A stretch of 64,000 nt of DNA from Candidatus Desulfaltia sp. (GTDB lineage Bacteria > Desulfobacterota > Desulfobacteria > Desulfobacterales > ETH-SRB1), in NCBI GenBank assembly GCA_030656555.1, contig JAUSPN010000049.1, forward strand, positions 36,625 through 100,624, given 5' to 3'. Shown here one piece after another: positions 40,514 through 49,047 of this stretch. The translations under genes and the position numbers were made by a program. Every line of letters starts with the position of its first letter. Position 1 is the stretch's first letter. The notes under the pieces are model-generated. The model did no database searches, was not told where the DNA came from, and was given only the letters and a program-made list of their open reading frames with translations.

Positions 40514-41542
40514 ATGCCTGAAAAATTAAGCCCTTATAAGAGTTATGGAGAAAAACTGATCAGCCTGTTCGCAAGGCTTATGTTTTCAGGACAAAGCCAT
40601 TCACTCACCGAGCTTTCCAAAACGCTCAAGTGCTCAAAACAGACTGTATTACGATTGGTAAACGACATAAAAAGATCGTATGGCGTAGATATTGAGGAGA
40701 GCATGCAGGGGAATAAAAAATATTACCGACTAAATAAGCCGAAGTTGATACCTCCGGCCATAAATCTTACAGAAATGGAGATGAACGTTCTCAAGATGTG
40801 CAAAGCCTTTTCAGAGCATTTATTAGGCAAAGAGTTTTTTAAAGAAGCAACCCGGGCGCTTGAGAAAAGCCAGGCTCTTCTCCCGAAAGATAAAGCGTTA
40901 TCGTCTCACCCTTTTGCCTCATTTAGCCCGGGAAGCATTGACTATACGCCTCATCAGGAAAGCATTCGTATTCTGTTAGAAGCAATGGAGAAAAAAAGGA
41001 TATGCAAAATCACTTACAGAGCCATTATGTCGGAAAGTTTAAAGACCTTTTACATAAAACCGCTCAAGATTTTTTCACACCATGACACGATCTATCTCCA
41101 CGCCGGTATGGCGAGAAAACCCGGTGAAACATACAAAGAACCTGATTTTGATCCCTTACTGGCAATGCACAGAATTAAAAATGTTGAACTGACGGAAAGG
41201 ATGTTCGAATTCCCCTCAAAATATGACTTTGAGAAAATCTTTAACCAGGATTTCGGAATCATAAAGGAGGATACCTTCAGGGTAGAAGTGGAATTCACCG
41301 GATGGTCGGCCAAATACGTGGCCGAGAGAATATGGAGTCCTGATCAGAAGATCATTAAAAAAGCTGATGGAAAAATAAGACTTATCTTCAGTTCTTCATC
41401 TGAATCCGAGCTGACAGGATGGGCGCTTTCTTTTGCAGACGAGGCAAAAGTGGTTAAGCCGAAGTGGCTGGTTAAAGAAATAAAAGAGACTGTAGGCAGG
41501 ATGCAAGAAGTTTATACGAGGAGCAGGAGTTATCCAGTATAG
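40514..41542 (+). CDS. WYL-domain transcriptional regulator (wHTH-WYL-WCX)
   Basis: N-terminal HTH (ELSKTLKCSKQTVLRLV); IKPLKI..HDTIYL, LAMHRI; VAERIWSPDQ; KVVKPKWL. Confidence 0.9.
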   Translation: MPEKLSPYKSYGEKLISLFARLMFSGQSHSLTELSKTLKCSKQTVLRLVNDIKRSYGVDIEESMQGNKKYYRLNKPKLIPPAINLTEMEMNVLKMCKAFSEHLLGKEFFKEATRALEKSQALLPKDKALSSHPFASFSPGSIDYTPHQESIRILLEAMEKKRICKITYRAIMSESLKTFYIKPLKIFSHHDTIYLHAGMARKPGETYKEPDFDPLLAMHRIKNVELTERMFEFPSKYDFEKIFNQDFGIIKEDTFRVEVEFTGWSAKYVAERIWSPDQKIIKKADGKIRLIFSSSSESELTGWALSFADEAKVVKPKWLVKEIKETVGRMQEVYTRSRSYPV

Positions 41543-41693
41543 CAGACAACAAGGGCTCCGGCTTCAGATCGGATGAGCTGTTGCTGGTGACGAGAGACAC
41601 CGATAAAGAACTCGACAGGACAAGATTCGTTCCCCTGGCATTTAAAACGGTTCATTAAATAATCGTTGCGTTAACGGTTAAATAGAGCTATTC

Positions 41694-41807
41694 ATTACCG
41701 AACGGGAATAAACCGTTGTTTTCCTGTGTGAAATATCAGAATATTCCCGTTCGGTAATTTATCTTGAATTAAAAGTGGGTTGAGCATAAATATTTCCTAT
41801 CGGTAAT
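41694..41807. promoter_or_regulatory. Three putative HipB operators
   Basis: ATTACCGAACGGGAATA (41694-41710), its exact inverse (41742-41758) and TATTTCCTATCGGTAAT (41791-41807). Confidence 0.65.
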
Positions 41808-41865
41808 ATTTTATAGCAAACGGAAAGATTCACCGGTTATTTTTTTGGCAACAGGGAGATAGATT

Positions 41866-42126
41866 GTGGACACAAAAACATTAATATTGGGTCAAAAAAA
41901 TAAGAAAACCTGGATTGAAATTCATAACCTGAAGGCCATTGGTCAGATGGTTCGTGAAAAACGTAAGGCAATGGGAATGACGCAGGCTGAAGCTGCCGGG
42001 CTTTGTAATGTTGGCGCCCGTTTTATGTCCGAACTGGAAAACGGGAAAGCTACTATGCACTTTGATAAAATCATGAAAGTTTTAAGAAGTTTTGGTTTTA
42101 TTATCGGTATTAGTGAAAGGTCTTAA
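41866..42126 (+). CDS. HipB-like XRE antitoxin (y4mF family)
   Basis: MTQAEAAGLCNVGARFMSELENGK HTH directly before hipA. Confidence 0.88.
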   Translation: MDTKTLILGQKNKKTWIEIHNLKAIGQMVREKRKAMGMTQAEAAGLCNVGARFMSELENGKATMHFDKIMKVLRSFGFIIGISERS

Positions 42127-42131
42127 TACCC

Positions 42132-43376
42132 ATGGCAAGATTAGCCATATATTTGCATGATAAGTTTGCTGGATACCTTTGGCTGGATGAAAAAAGGCGT
42201 TTTATTTTCCAGTATGACAAGAACTATATGAATTATTCTGATGCCATACCTCTATCTCTCTATTTGCCATTGCGGGAAGAGCCTTACATCGATGATATCG
42301 CAAAGCCTTTTTTCAGCAATTTGTTGCCGGAGGGTGAGATCAGAGCCCGAATTTCGAAAATTAAACATATTTCAAAGCAAAACGATTTCAAACTGCTGGA
42401 AGCAATTGGCGGTGAGTGTGCCGGAGCTGTCTCTATTCTTCCGCAAGTTGCTGCTCTGGGCGGTAAAGAAGGATATTTATTGCTGCCGGATCAGGAAATT
42501 GAGCAGCTCATGGAAGAAAATGCTGTAAAGCCGATTTTGATTATAAAAGATGAGTTGCGTCTTTCTTTGGCAGGCGCTCAAAATAAAATTCCAATTTTTA
42601 TAAATAACAACAATTTTTATTTGTCGCTTGGAATTGCGCCGAGTTCCCATATTCTCAAGCCCCAAAATCTGTATTTTGAGGATATGGTTCAAAATGAATA
42701 CTTTTGTATGTTGCTTGCCGAAGCAGTTGGATTGCCGGTCCCAAAGCATTTTATATGGAAGGGCGAAAAGTATATTGCATACATAGTGGAACGCTATGAC
42801 AGGGTAAAGAAAAAGGACGGAAGACTTACACGAATTCACCAGGAGGACTTATGCCAGGCGCTTGGCTGTATGCCTGATCAAAAATATGAAACTGAAGGTG
42901 GACCAGGCTTGAGCGACTGTTTCCGTCTGATCGAAACATATAGCATAAATCCTGTTTCAGACAAGCAAGCCTTGATAAAATGGCTAATATTCAATTGTTT
43001 CATCGGCAATGCAGATGCCCATGGAAAAAATTTATCATTTATCAGGACAGGGGGCGGCGGCATTCGCCTGGCGCCCTTTTATGATTTGATTTCAACCAGG
43101 GTTTATCCTGAGCTTTCCTCGAAAATGGCAATGAAAATCGGCATGGAAAACCGTTTTGACTGGATTGTTGAGCGACACTGGCTGCGGCTGGCAGAACAAC
43201 TCGATTTAAAATTTGCATATCTTAAACAGGTAATAGAGGAAACTGCATATACTTTTGAAAAAGTTTCGACTCAAATTGCTGATAAATTAATTGATGAATT
43301 TGACGGCAATAAAACAGTTCTAAAAATTTGTAATATTCTTTCAAATTACATAAAGCATGTAAGGCATTTTCTATAG
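42132..43376 (+). CDS. hipA: HipA-family toxin kinase
   Basis: PLSLYLP, FSNLLPEG, SLAGAQNK, HQEDLCQALG, GNADAHGKN, LAPFYD. Confidence 0.93.
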   Translation: MARLAIYLHDKFAGYLWLDEKRRFIFQYDKNYMNYSDAIPLSLYLPLREEPYIDDIAKPFFSNLLPEGEIRARISKIKHISKQNDFKLLEAIGGECAGAVSILPQVAALGGKEGYLLLPDQEIEQLMEENAVKPILIIKDELRLSLAGAQNKIPIFINNNNFYLSLGIAPSSHILKPQNLYFEDMVQNEYFCMLLAEAVGLPVPKHFIWKGEKYIAYIVERYDRVKKKDGRLTRIHQEDLCQALGCMPDQKYETEGGPGLSDCFRLIETYSINPVSDKQALIKWLIFNCFIGNADAHGKNLSFIRTGGGGIRLAPFYDLISTRVYPELSSKMAMKIGMENRFDWIVERHWLRLAEQLDLKFAYLKQVIEETAYTFEKVSTQIADKLIDEFDGNKTVLKICNILSNYIKHVRHFL

Positions 43377-43524
43377 CGTTGAGAAGATACAGACCTTTTT
43401 AATGAACTACTCCGCCGCAAGCAGCGCAGAATTAACCCCTACAGATTTCGCATCGCACTTCAAGTGATTATAGTAATCTGTGTAATCTGCGAATAAATGT
43501 CTGTTACAAAGACGTTATCCCGGA

Positions 43525-43660
43525 AAGAGAAACAGAAGGTCTGAAGGAGCTGAAGGACTCCGGCTTCAAATCGTATGACCTGTTTCTGGTGACCAGAGAC
43601 ACAGATAAAGAACTGGACCGGATAAGATTCGTCCCCCTTTGGGAGTGGCTTCTAAGCAGG
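43525..43660 (+). pseudogene. C-terminal fragment of an AAA/DUF4143-type ATP-binding protein; second copy at 41551-41636
   Basis: RETEGLKELKDSGFKSYDLFLVTRDTDKELDRIRFVPLWEWLL resembles the usual family C-terminus. Confidence 0.5.
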
Positions 43661-43812
43661 AACTTTTTTTGAGCATGGATTTTCTGAATCCGAGCTGACA
43701 GGATGGGCGCTTTCTTTTGTGGATGAGGCAAGAAACCTCCATACCTCCCTAAATTGGCAAATGCGGCTTTTAACAAGGCGAACATGAATGAGGGAAAGTG
43801 TATTATTAGTCA

Positions 43813-44049
43813 TTAAACCGTGATCCAGCCTGTATATTCTTCATCAGCCATCTTTTGAGCGAATGTTGTCCAATCTATCCTTTTGCTGCTTTGTTTCTTG
43901 GCCGGTGTCCACTGCATTGAACCCTGTCCGACTAACAATGTCCCAAGTCTTAAATTATTACTAAAAATATCAAGTTTTATACCGCTTCCTGCTCTTGTCA
44001 ATTCGTGACTCACCATTGTTGCTGTAACTTTATGCTTCTTTTTTATCAT
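43813..44049 (-). CDS. Small hypothetical protein coupled to the HEAT-repeat gene
   Basis: 78 aa; ATGA overlap with 44046..45551. Confidence 0.65.
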   Translation of the reverse strand: MIKKKHKVTATMVSHELTRAGSGIKLDIFSNNLRLGTLLVGQGSMQWTPAKKQSSKRIDWTTFAQKMADEEYTGWITV

Positions 44050-45551
44050 TTTATTTGGCTCCTTAGTGATGTTGCAACTTTCTTTAAATTATTGCTTGCA
44101 TACTTATCTTTTCCAACCTTATTTAAAGCTGCTGCTGCTCTTTTTGTGCCAATTGCCCCTAATGCCTGAGCAGCTTTTCGTCGTATAATCATGTCTTCAT
44201 CCTTATTCAGCAAAATATCAGAAAGATTCTTGATAGCGATTGCGGCCTTGGTGGTGCCAGCGGCAATAATACATTTTTTCTTTAGTTCATCATCTAAGAA
44301 TTCATAAAATTCAGATTCCAGAAAGTTAGCCAATAATTGGTGTGCTTTTGCATTTTTTGAGTTAGACAAAAAATCAAATAACTCATTAGCTTCGCCGTCG
44401 TAGAACAAGATACCTTGAATGTGGCCAGAATCATCGGAATATTGCTCAAAAAAATCATTTAATACATCTATTGCTGCATCTCCGCCGATGGAGATTATTA
44501 TCCTGAGCAAATTAGCGTAATCTTCATCATCAAGATTTTCTAAAAGCAAAAATTCCGCTTTTTTAAGCACATCATCTAATCTGCACATAGATAAAACAAA
44601 AACTATATGATCTGATAAAATGGAATTATTGTAATTGTGTAATAATGTGCCAAAAAGTTCATCCAGAAAAGATTTGTCTCCAGTATTTTGATATTTTTGC
44701 ATGAAAAAATCAATGGCTACACTTTTTATCTCTTCTTCTTCTTCAAAATCAAACTCCTTTTCCATAACAAATGGAAATGAAAGCACCTTGCCCAAAATTT
44801 CTGAGGCCTGTTTATCATCGATGCGTGAAAGAGAATCCACAATATCAAATATTTGGTAATAGTCATCTTGTGTAATAATCTTATCCCATATATTGTCTAA
44901 CACCCCCATTTCCAATAAGTATTGCGCCAACTCACCCGCTTCTTTTCTAACTTCTCCTTTGCGATCATGTTTTCCTACTGCCTGAACTGGTCCAACAGCA
45001 TAAATACCGAAGCGTTTTTTGTGATCTCGTATAAATTTTATTCCTGCCAAACGATTCATTTCGCTTTTATCCTTTAACAAATCAAGGATATATTGAATTG
45101 GTTCATCTTCGTCCAAAAAGTAAAGCGTTTTTGCTGCCTCGAGTCTGACGTTATGCCATTTGTCTGATAGCAAAGGATAAATATTTTCAACCACATTTAT
45201 ATCTGCAATCTCCCGTAATGATCTAAGTACTGCCTCGCGGACATAGCGACTGTCATCATTTAATGCTTTCGTCAAAATGCTAATCGATTTACTGTTTTTA
45301 ATGCCAGCCAACTTACTTACTACAGCATATCTGATAATTTCACGTTCATTGTTAATCATTTTATAAAAAAGTCCTATGTTTCGGCTATCATTAGTCTGGA
45401 ATTTGAGAATACCACAATATTTTACGAAAGTATCACGGTCGCGAAGCAAATTGCAGATGTTTTCAGGGCTGTATTTTTTGTTTGAATCTGAATACCATGA
45501 CATCACCACAAACTTATCACTGTATTTCTTCAGCGTTGTTCTAAAACTCAT
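44046..45551 (-). CDS. HEAT-repeat (PBS lyase-like) protein
   Basis: LNDDSRYVREAVLRSL, LSDKWHNVRLEAAKTL, IRRKAAQALGAIG; AGGAG RBS; low GC. Confidence 0.85.
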   Translation of the reverse strand: MSFRTTLKKYSDKFVVMSWYSDSNKKYSPENICNLLRDRDTFVKYCGILKFQTNDSRNIGLFYKMINNEREIIRYAVVSKLAGIKNSKSISILTKALNDDSRYVREAVLRSLREIADINVVENIYPLLSDKWHNVRLEAAKTLYFLDEDEPIQYILDLLKDKSEMNRLAGIKFIRDHKKRFGIYAVGPVQAVGKHDRKGEVRKEAGELAQYLLEMGVLDNIWDKIITQDDYYQIFDIVDSLSRIDDKQASEILGKVLSFPFVMEKEFDFEEEEEIKSVAIDFFMQKYQNTGDKSFLDELFGTLLHNYNNSILSDHIVFVLSMCRLDDVLKKAEFLLLENLDDEDYANLLRIIISIGGDAAIDVLNDFFEQYSDDSGHIQGILFYDGEANELFDFLSNSKNAKAHQLLANFLESEFYEFLDDELKKKCIIAAGTTKAAIAIKNLSDILLNKDEDMIIRRKAAQALGAIGTKRAAAALNKVGKDKYASNNLKKVATSLRSQIK

Positions 45552-45585
45552 TACTCAACTCCTTAATAAAATTCTATGTTTGAAA

Positions 45586-45642
45586 TATGACGGAAAGTGG
45601 AAAGCTCACCTCCCGCCATTAGTGGCAGCCACATTCTATGGC
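45586..45642 (-). other. Degenerate attC-like site
   Basis: Minus strand right after HNH stop: GCCATAGAATGTGGCTGCCAC...GGTGAGCTTTCC(ACTTTCC)GTCATAT. Confidence 0.4.
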
Positions 45643-45643
45643 T

Positions 45644-46321
45644 TCATCTAAAGCAGTATTCCGCCAATCGTTTATTTTTCTTTTGGTTACAATGGGCACA
45701 CAAAACTTGAAGATTATCGACAGATTTGCTCGTTCCTTTTCTGCTAAAGGGTAAAATATGGTCAATATGAAAGACAAAACCATCCTTCTTTTGAACATCA
45801 CTCGGCACAGGACAATTAGGATTTTCACAGACCCCACCATTTTTCTCAAATCGGTCTAATATAATCTTTTGAAGATCTATCGGTATCCTTCTCCTTCGTT
45901 TTGAATCACTGTATCTTTTACCTTTTTTGAGACCACTTATAAATTTTATAATTGTATCGAATTCAGCCTTTTCACATAATCGCCATTGTTGGTCATGCGA
46001 TTGATTCTTGGCAGAAGAAATATTCAGAAATGGTTGTTCTGACTCTGGTTTATACATTTTAAATTCTTTGTTTAGCATCAATAACGCCCATCTTTTTCTA
46101 TTCAGGTGCATATAGAAGACTTTTTGTCTATCGTGATATACCTGAAGACCATCATCGGTCTTCATATCTACTATAAGCAGATCGTTTTTTTCACCAAGCT
46201 CCCATAATTGTTTAAGAAAAGAGACAAGTTCTCTTAAAAGTTGAGGCTCAGGTTTATGTAATTGTGCCAAGACTCTAAGAGTGTCGGAATGGCGTTTTGT
46301 TGTTTTTCGATAGGCTTTCAT
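45644..46321 (-). CDS. HNH endonuclease
   Basis: CENPNC, FHIDHILPFSRKG..DNLQVLCAHCNQKK; start MKAY after GGAGG. Confidence 0.88.
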   Translation of the reverse strand: MKAYRKTTKRHSDTLRVLAQLHKPEPQLLRELVSFLKQLWELGEKNDLLIVDMKTDDGLQVYHDRQKVFYMHLNRKRWALLMLNKEFKMYKPESEQPFLNISSAKNQSHDQQWRLCEKAEFDTIIKFISGLKKGKRYSDSKRRRRIPIDLQKIILDRFEKNGGVCENPNCPVPSDVQKKDGFVFHIDHILPFSRKGTSKSVDNLQVLCAHCNQKKNKRLAEYCFR

Positions 46322-46523
46322 CCTTATTGTCCTCCAAACGTGCCGTTCAGTAGCTGATGCAACATAAGAGACATTCTCAATATTTAAAATTATCAATCAT
46401 CAGCAACATAAAGCAAGGCCGCCGCGGGGCGAACCATTAAGTGTAAAGATTAAATTCAATGATATTAGCTATTCTTGGATTAAATTTTGATTTGTTTTGC
46501 ATGGTAACATATCATAATTGTTT

Positions 46524-46605
46524 ATGAAAAAGCAAGATAATCACCAAAAACCACGAAAACTGCTGGATCAGGTGCGTTGACGCCTTAAGGGACTAAACTT
46601 ATCAA
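46524..46605 (+). pseudogene. N-terminal remnant of an integron integrase (IntI)
   Basis: MKKQDNHQKPRKLLDQVR*, continuing DALRTK with two 1-nt corrections; compare IntI KLLDQVRxxIRxKHYS; divergent from the cassette-like genes. Confidence 0.65.
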
Positions 46606-46907
46606 CTTATTTAACGGTTAGTGAATATTTGTTAGCTTCTTGCCTCGAATTACTGATTTACCGACCTTGCCTGTGCAATGCACGCAGACAGGTGGCCTGT
46701 ACCGACGTGTCGGCAATGATATTCTGCAAAAACTTTGTCAGTGGGCTAGCAACCATGGATCAAGCAGGGAAGCCCCGCTGATTTCAATGCCTTATGAATA
46801 GATTAAGCCTATTTTTTTGGTTTAGCCAATAATATCATGACAACGTTCCATATTAAGAAACTGTTAACGAATATTTTTTAACATAAAATCATGTCCGAAA
46901 AAAGGTT

Positions 46908-46927
46908 TTCCATTCCGCAATATGGAA
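46908..46927 (-). promoter_or_regulatory. Second copy of the putative WYL operator
   Basis: TTCCATTCCGCAATATGGAA just before TGCTATGAT (extended -10) of ORF 47013. Confidence 0.55.
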
Positions 46928-47012
46928 CATCTTTATGCTATGATGCGATAAAGCAGGGTTAAGCCAAAACCTTTAGAAAGGTATAATGTTTATCAAACAA
47001 TAGGAGGAAAAT

Positions 47013-47819
47013 ATGATTAAGCGTTTCAGTATGATAGTGGTGTTGTGCGTAATATTTGTTTTCAACTATAATAGCGTTTATGCTGCATCTTTATCACCAT
47101 ACGGAAAGTTTGAATGGTCGGACAATGTCCTCGATGTTTTTAGAAAATTAAAAGAGATTAAAACAATCAAGGAGATATCTATTAAAGGACCAGACAGCTT
47201 TGACAGGGTAAATGCTGTTGGAAAATCAGAAGATGATCTTAAAGCTGGAATTACAGATTTTGTTGCGAAAGGAGCCAAGGGGTGGAGATTCAGCGAGTAT
47301 AATAAGGAAGTTGTTCTTAAGGATGGCAAGAAGAGCCTCTATCATGTCAGAGCAATTAATCTAAAGGCACAACCAATAATTCTTGTTGGAATTCCATACA
47401 GGATTTCATTCAACTTTGTGCAAGTTCCCGGATATGTTTTAAATAATTATGACAAGACTATTAAAATTGATATAAACGGGAAGAAAATTCTGTTTCTTTC
47501 CCAGTTTAAGAGCATTAATCTCACTCCGATTGATAATGAACTGGCTGAAGCATTTCATCAGAAACTATTCGATGTCATAAGGAAGAAGTATCCAGTGTTA
47601 AAAGATGTCTTTGGACATGAATGGGATGGAAAACCAAATTCTATGGCATCCTACTATTCAGAAGATGGTGATTATTCTTTTGGATTCTTTCCAGACAAAC
47701 AGGAACCTGGAATGGAATATACGAACTCGTTCCAGTCGGTAGAGAAAATTTATAATAGCCACAAAAACAATATCTTGTCACAAGAAAACAAGAATAACGA
47801 CTCTTCGTCAGGACTTTAA
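47013..47819 (+). CDS. Secreted hypothetical protein
   Basis: AGGAGG RBS; signal peptide ending VYA; 268 aa. Confidence 0.8.
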   Translation: MIKRFSMIVVLCVIFVFNYNSVYAASLSPYGKFEWSDNVLDVFRKLKEIKTIKEISIKGPDSFDRVNAVGKSEDDLKAGITDFVAKGAKGWRFSEYNKEVVLKDGKKSLYHVRAINLKAQPIILVGIPYRISFNFVQVPGYVLNNYDKTIKIDINGKKILFLSQFKSINLTPIDNELAEAFHQKLFDVIRKKYPVLKDVFGHEWDGKPNSMASYYSEDGDYSFGFFPDKQEPGMEYTNSFQSVEKIYNSHKNNILSQENKNNDSSSGL

Positions 47820-47935
47820 TCCACAGATTACACAGATTTTTCTGCCTGTGCGTGTCCGCGCGAAGACAGGCGTGAGTTATTGAGTTAAATTCCCCGAAGA
47901 TTGTTTCATTTAGATTGCGAAAATCAGATGCGCGA

Positions 47936-47967
47936 TACCCCGTAGCTTGCTGCGGGGTAGTTCATTG
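47936..47967. repeat. REP/IS200-IS605-end-like hairpin
   Basis: ACCCCGTAGCTTGCTGCGGGGTAGTTCATT; degenerate inverse copy at ~43401-43432. Confidence 0.55.
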
Positions 47968-48062
47968 GGACGAGGGAAGTAATTGGGGCGCCACACGGAA
48001 GGATAAGGAGTTTACCGCCGGTTATCGTAGCGTTTTTGCTGGAAAAAACTGAGGAGCTTTTA

Positions 48063-48731
48063 ATGCAGATTAATAATAACGGTTTTCATGGCAAGCTTTG
48101 TATGTCAGAAAGTATGCTTGAATTTATAAGATTAAAAAATGATAAGGAACTCAAGGTTGGCGACCTTATCTCCTTTAATCTTTCTATATACTTTGATCGT
48201 TACGCAGAAACCGATTGCCATGTTCCTCTTCTAAAGCACACAATCTATGACTTATACGAGATACGATTCAGGCCGATTCAAAGATATTATAATGACCAGC
48301 ATAAGAATTGTTATCACTACCTGATTGAGATATTTCCCAATTTGTTGCTGTTCCATTTTAACTGGCTGAAACAATATGAGCAGTACCTGCAAGTCGGTAA
48401 ATGGTACGAAGGCTTTGGAAATCTATCAAACTGTGGTGATCCGTCCGAAGAGAATTCTTTTGTAAAAGCGGCTGATATTAACAAGATTAAACATACTTGC
48501 AGGCTGGAACAAATTCTTGTCAACCAGATTTATCAGAAATGTTTTGAAGAATGGAACCGGCAAATATCAGAAAGCCCGGATTATCAGGGCGTCTTAAACC
48601 GGTTAGGCTATCCTGATAAGATAAATGAATTCCGGCAAAATATAGACAAACAACAAAGAGGAACAAAAGAGATAGAATCTACAGCCATTAATGAAAATTA
48701 TCAGGATTTGGTTTTGTGTTTTAACTTATGA
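48063..48731 (+). CDS. Hypothetical protein
   Basis: GAGGAG RBS before ATG 48063; no recognised motif. Confidence 0.7.
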   Translation: MQINNNGFHGKLCMSESMLEFIRLKNDKELKVGDLISFNLSIYFDRYAETDCHVPLLKHTIYDLYEIRFRPIQRYYNDQHKNCYHYLIEIFPNLLLFHFNWLKQYEQYLQVGKWYEGFGNLSNCGDPSEENSFVKAADINKIKHTCRLEQILVNQIYQKCFEEWNRQISESPDYQGVLNRLGYPDKINEFRQNIDKQQRGTKEIESTAINENYQDLVLCFNL

Positions 48732-48831
48732 TATTAGGAACATGCTTTGAATGGGAAAACCCGGCTACAGTGGAAACCATAAAAGACAAGCTGGCAGAAA
48801 TTAATTATCCTTCAAAATAAGGGATAATATA

Positions 48832-49047
48832 TGTTATGGTCGGCGCTTATCTTTTAAAATGTGGTTTGAGATAACTATCCTCTGTATTTCCGAAGTGCCT
48901 TCGTAAATGGTAAAAACCCGTGCATCCCTGAAAAAACGTTCCACCGGATATTCTTTTATATAGCCGTATCCGCCGTGTATCTGAAGCGCCTTTGCGGTAA
49001 CACGGTTTACCATTTCAGAGGCAAAAAGCTTTGCCATAGAAGCCTGG
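48832..49047 (-). repeat. Right 216-bp direct repeat (functional 3' end of ACAD)
   Basis: Counterpart of 39767-39982. Confidence 0.92.

Larger units (their letters stand above)
39767..49047. mobile_element. Genomic island inserted in the 3' end of an acyl-CoA dehydrogenase gene
   Basis: Flanking 216-bp repeats; cargo of WYL, hipBA, HNH, intI remnant and orphans; no intact integrase. Confidence 0.8.

Noticed and set aside
46690-46800. Possible tnpB 3' end or tyrosine-recombinase fragment
   Set aside because: Only vague resemblance that requires frameshifts; cannot be supported by eye.
39767-49047. 216-bp repeat pair as a DGR template/variable repeat
   Set aside because: Differences are not adenine-specific on either strand, are nearly all synonymous, and no reverse transcriptase is present.
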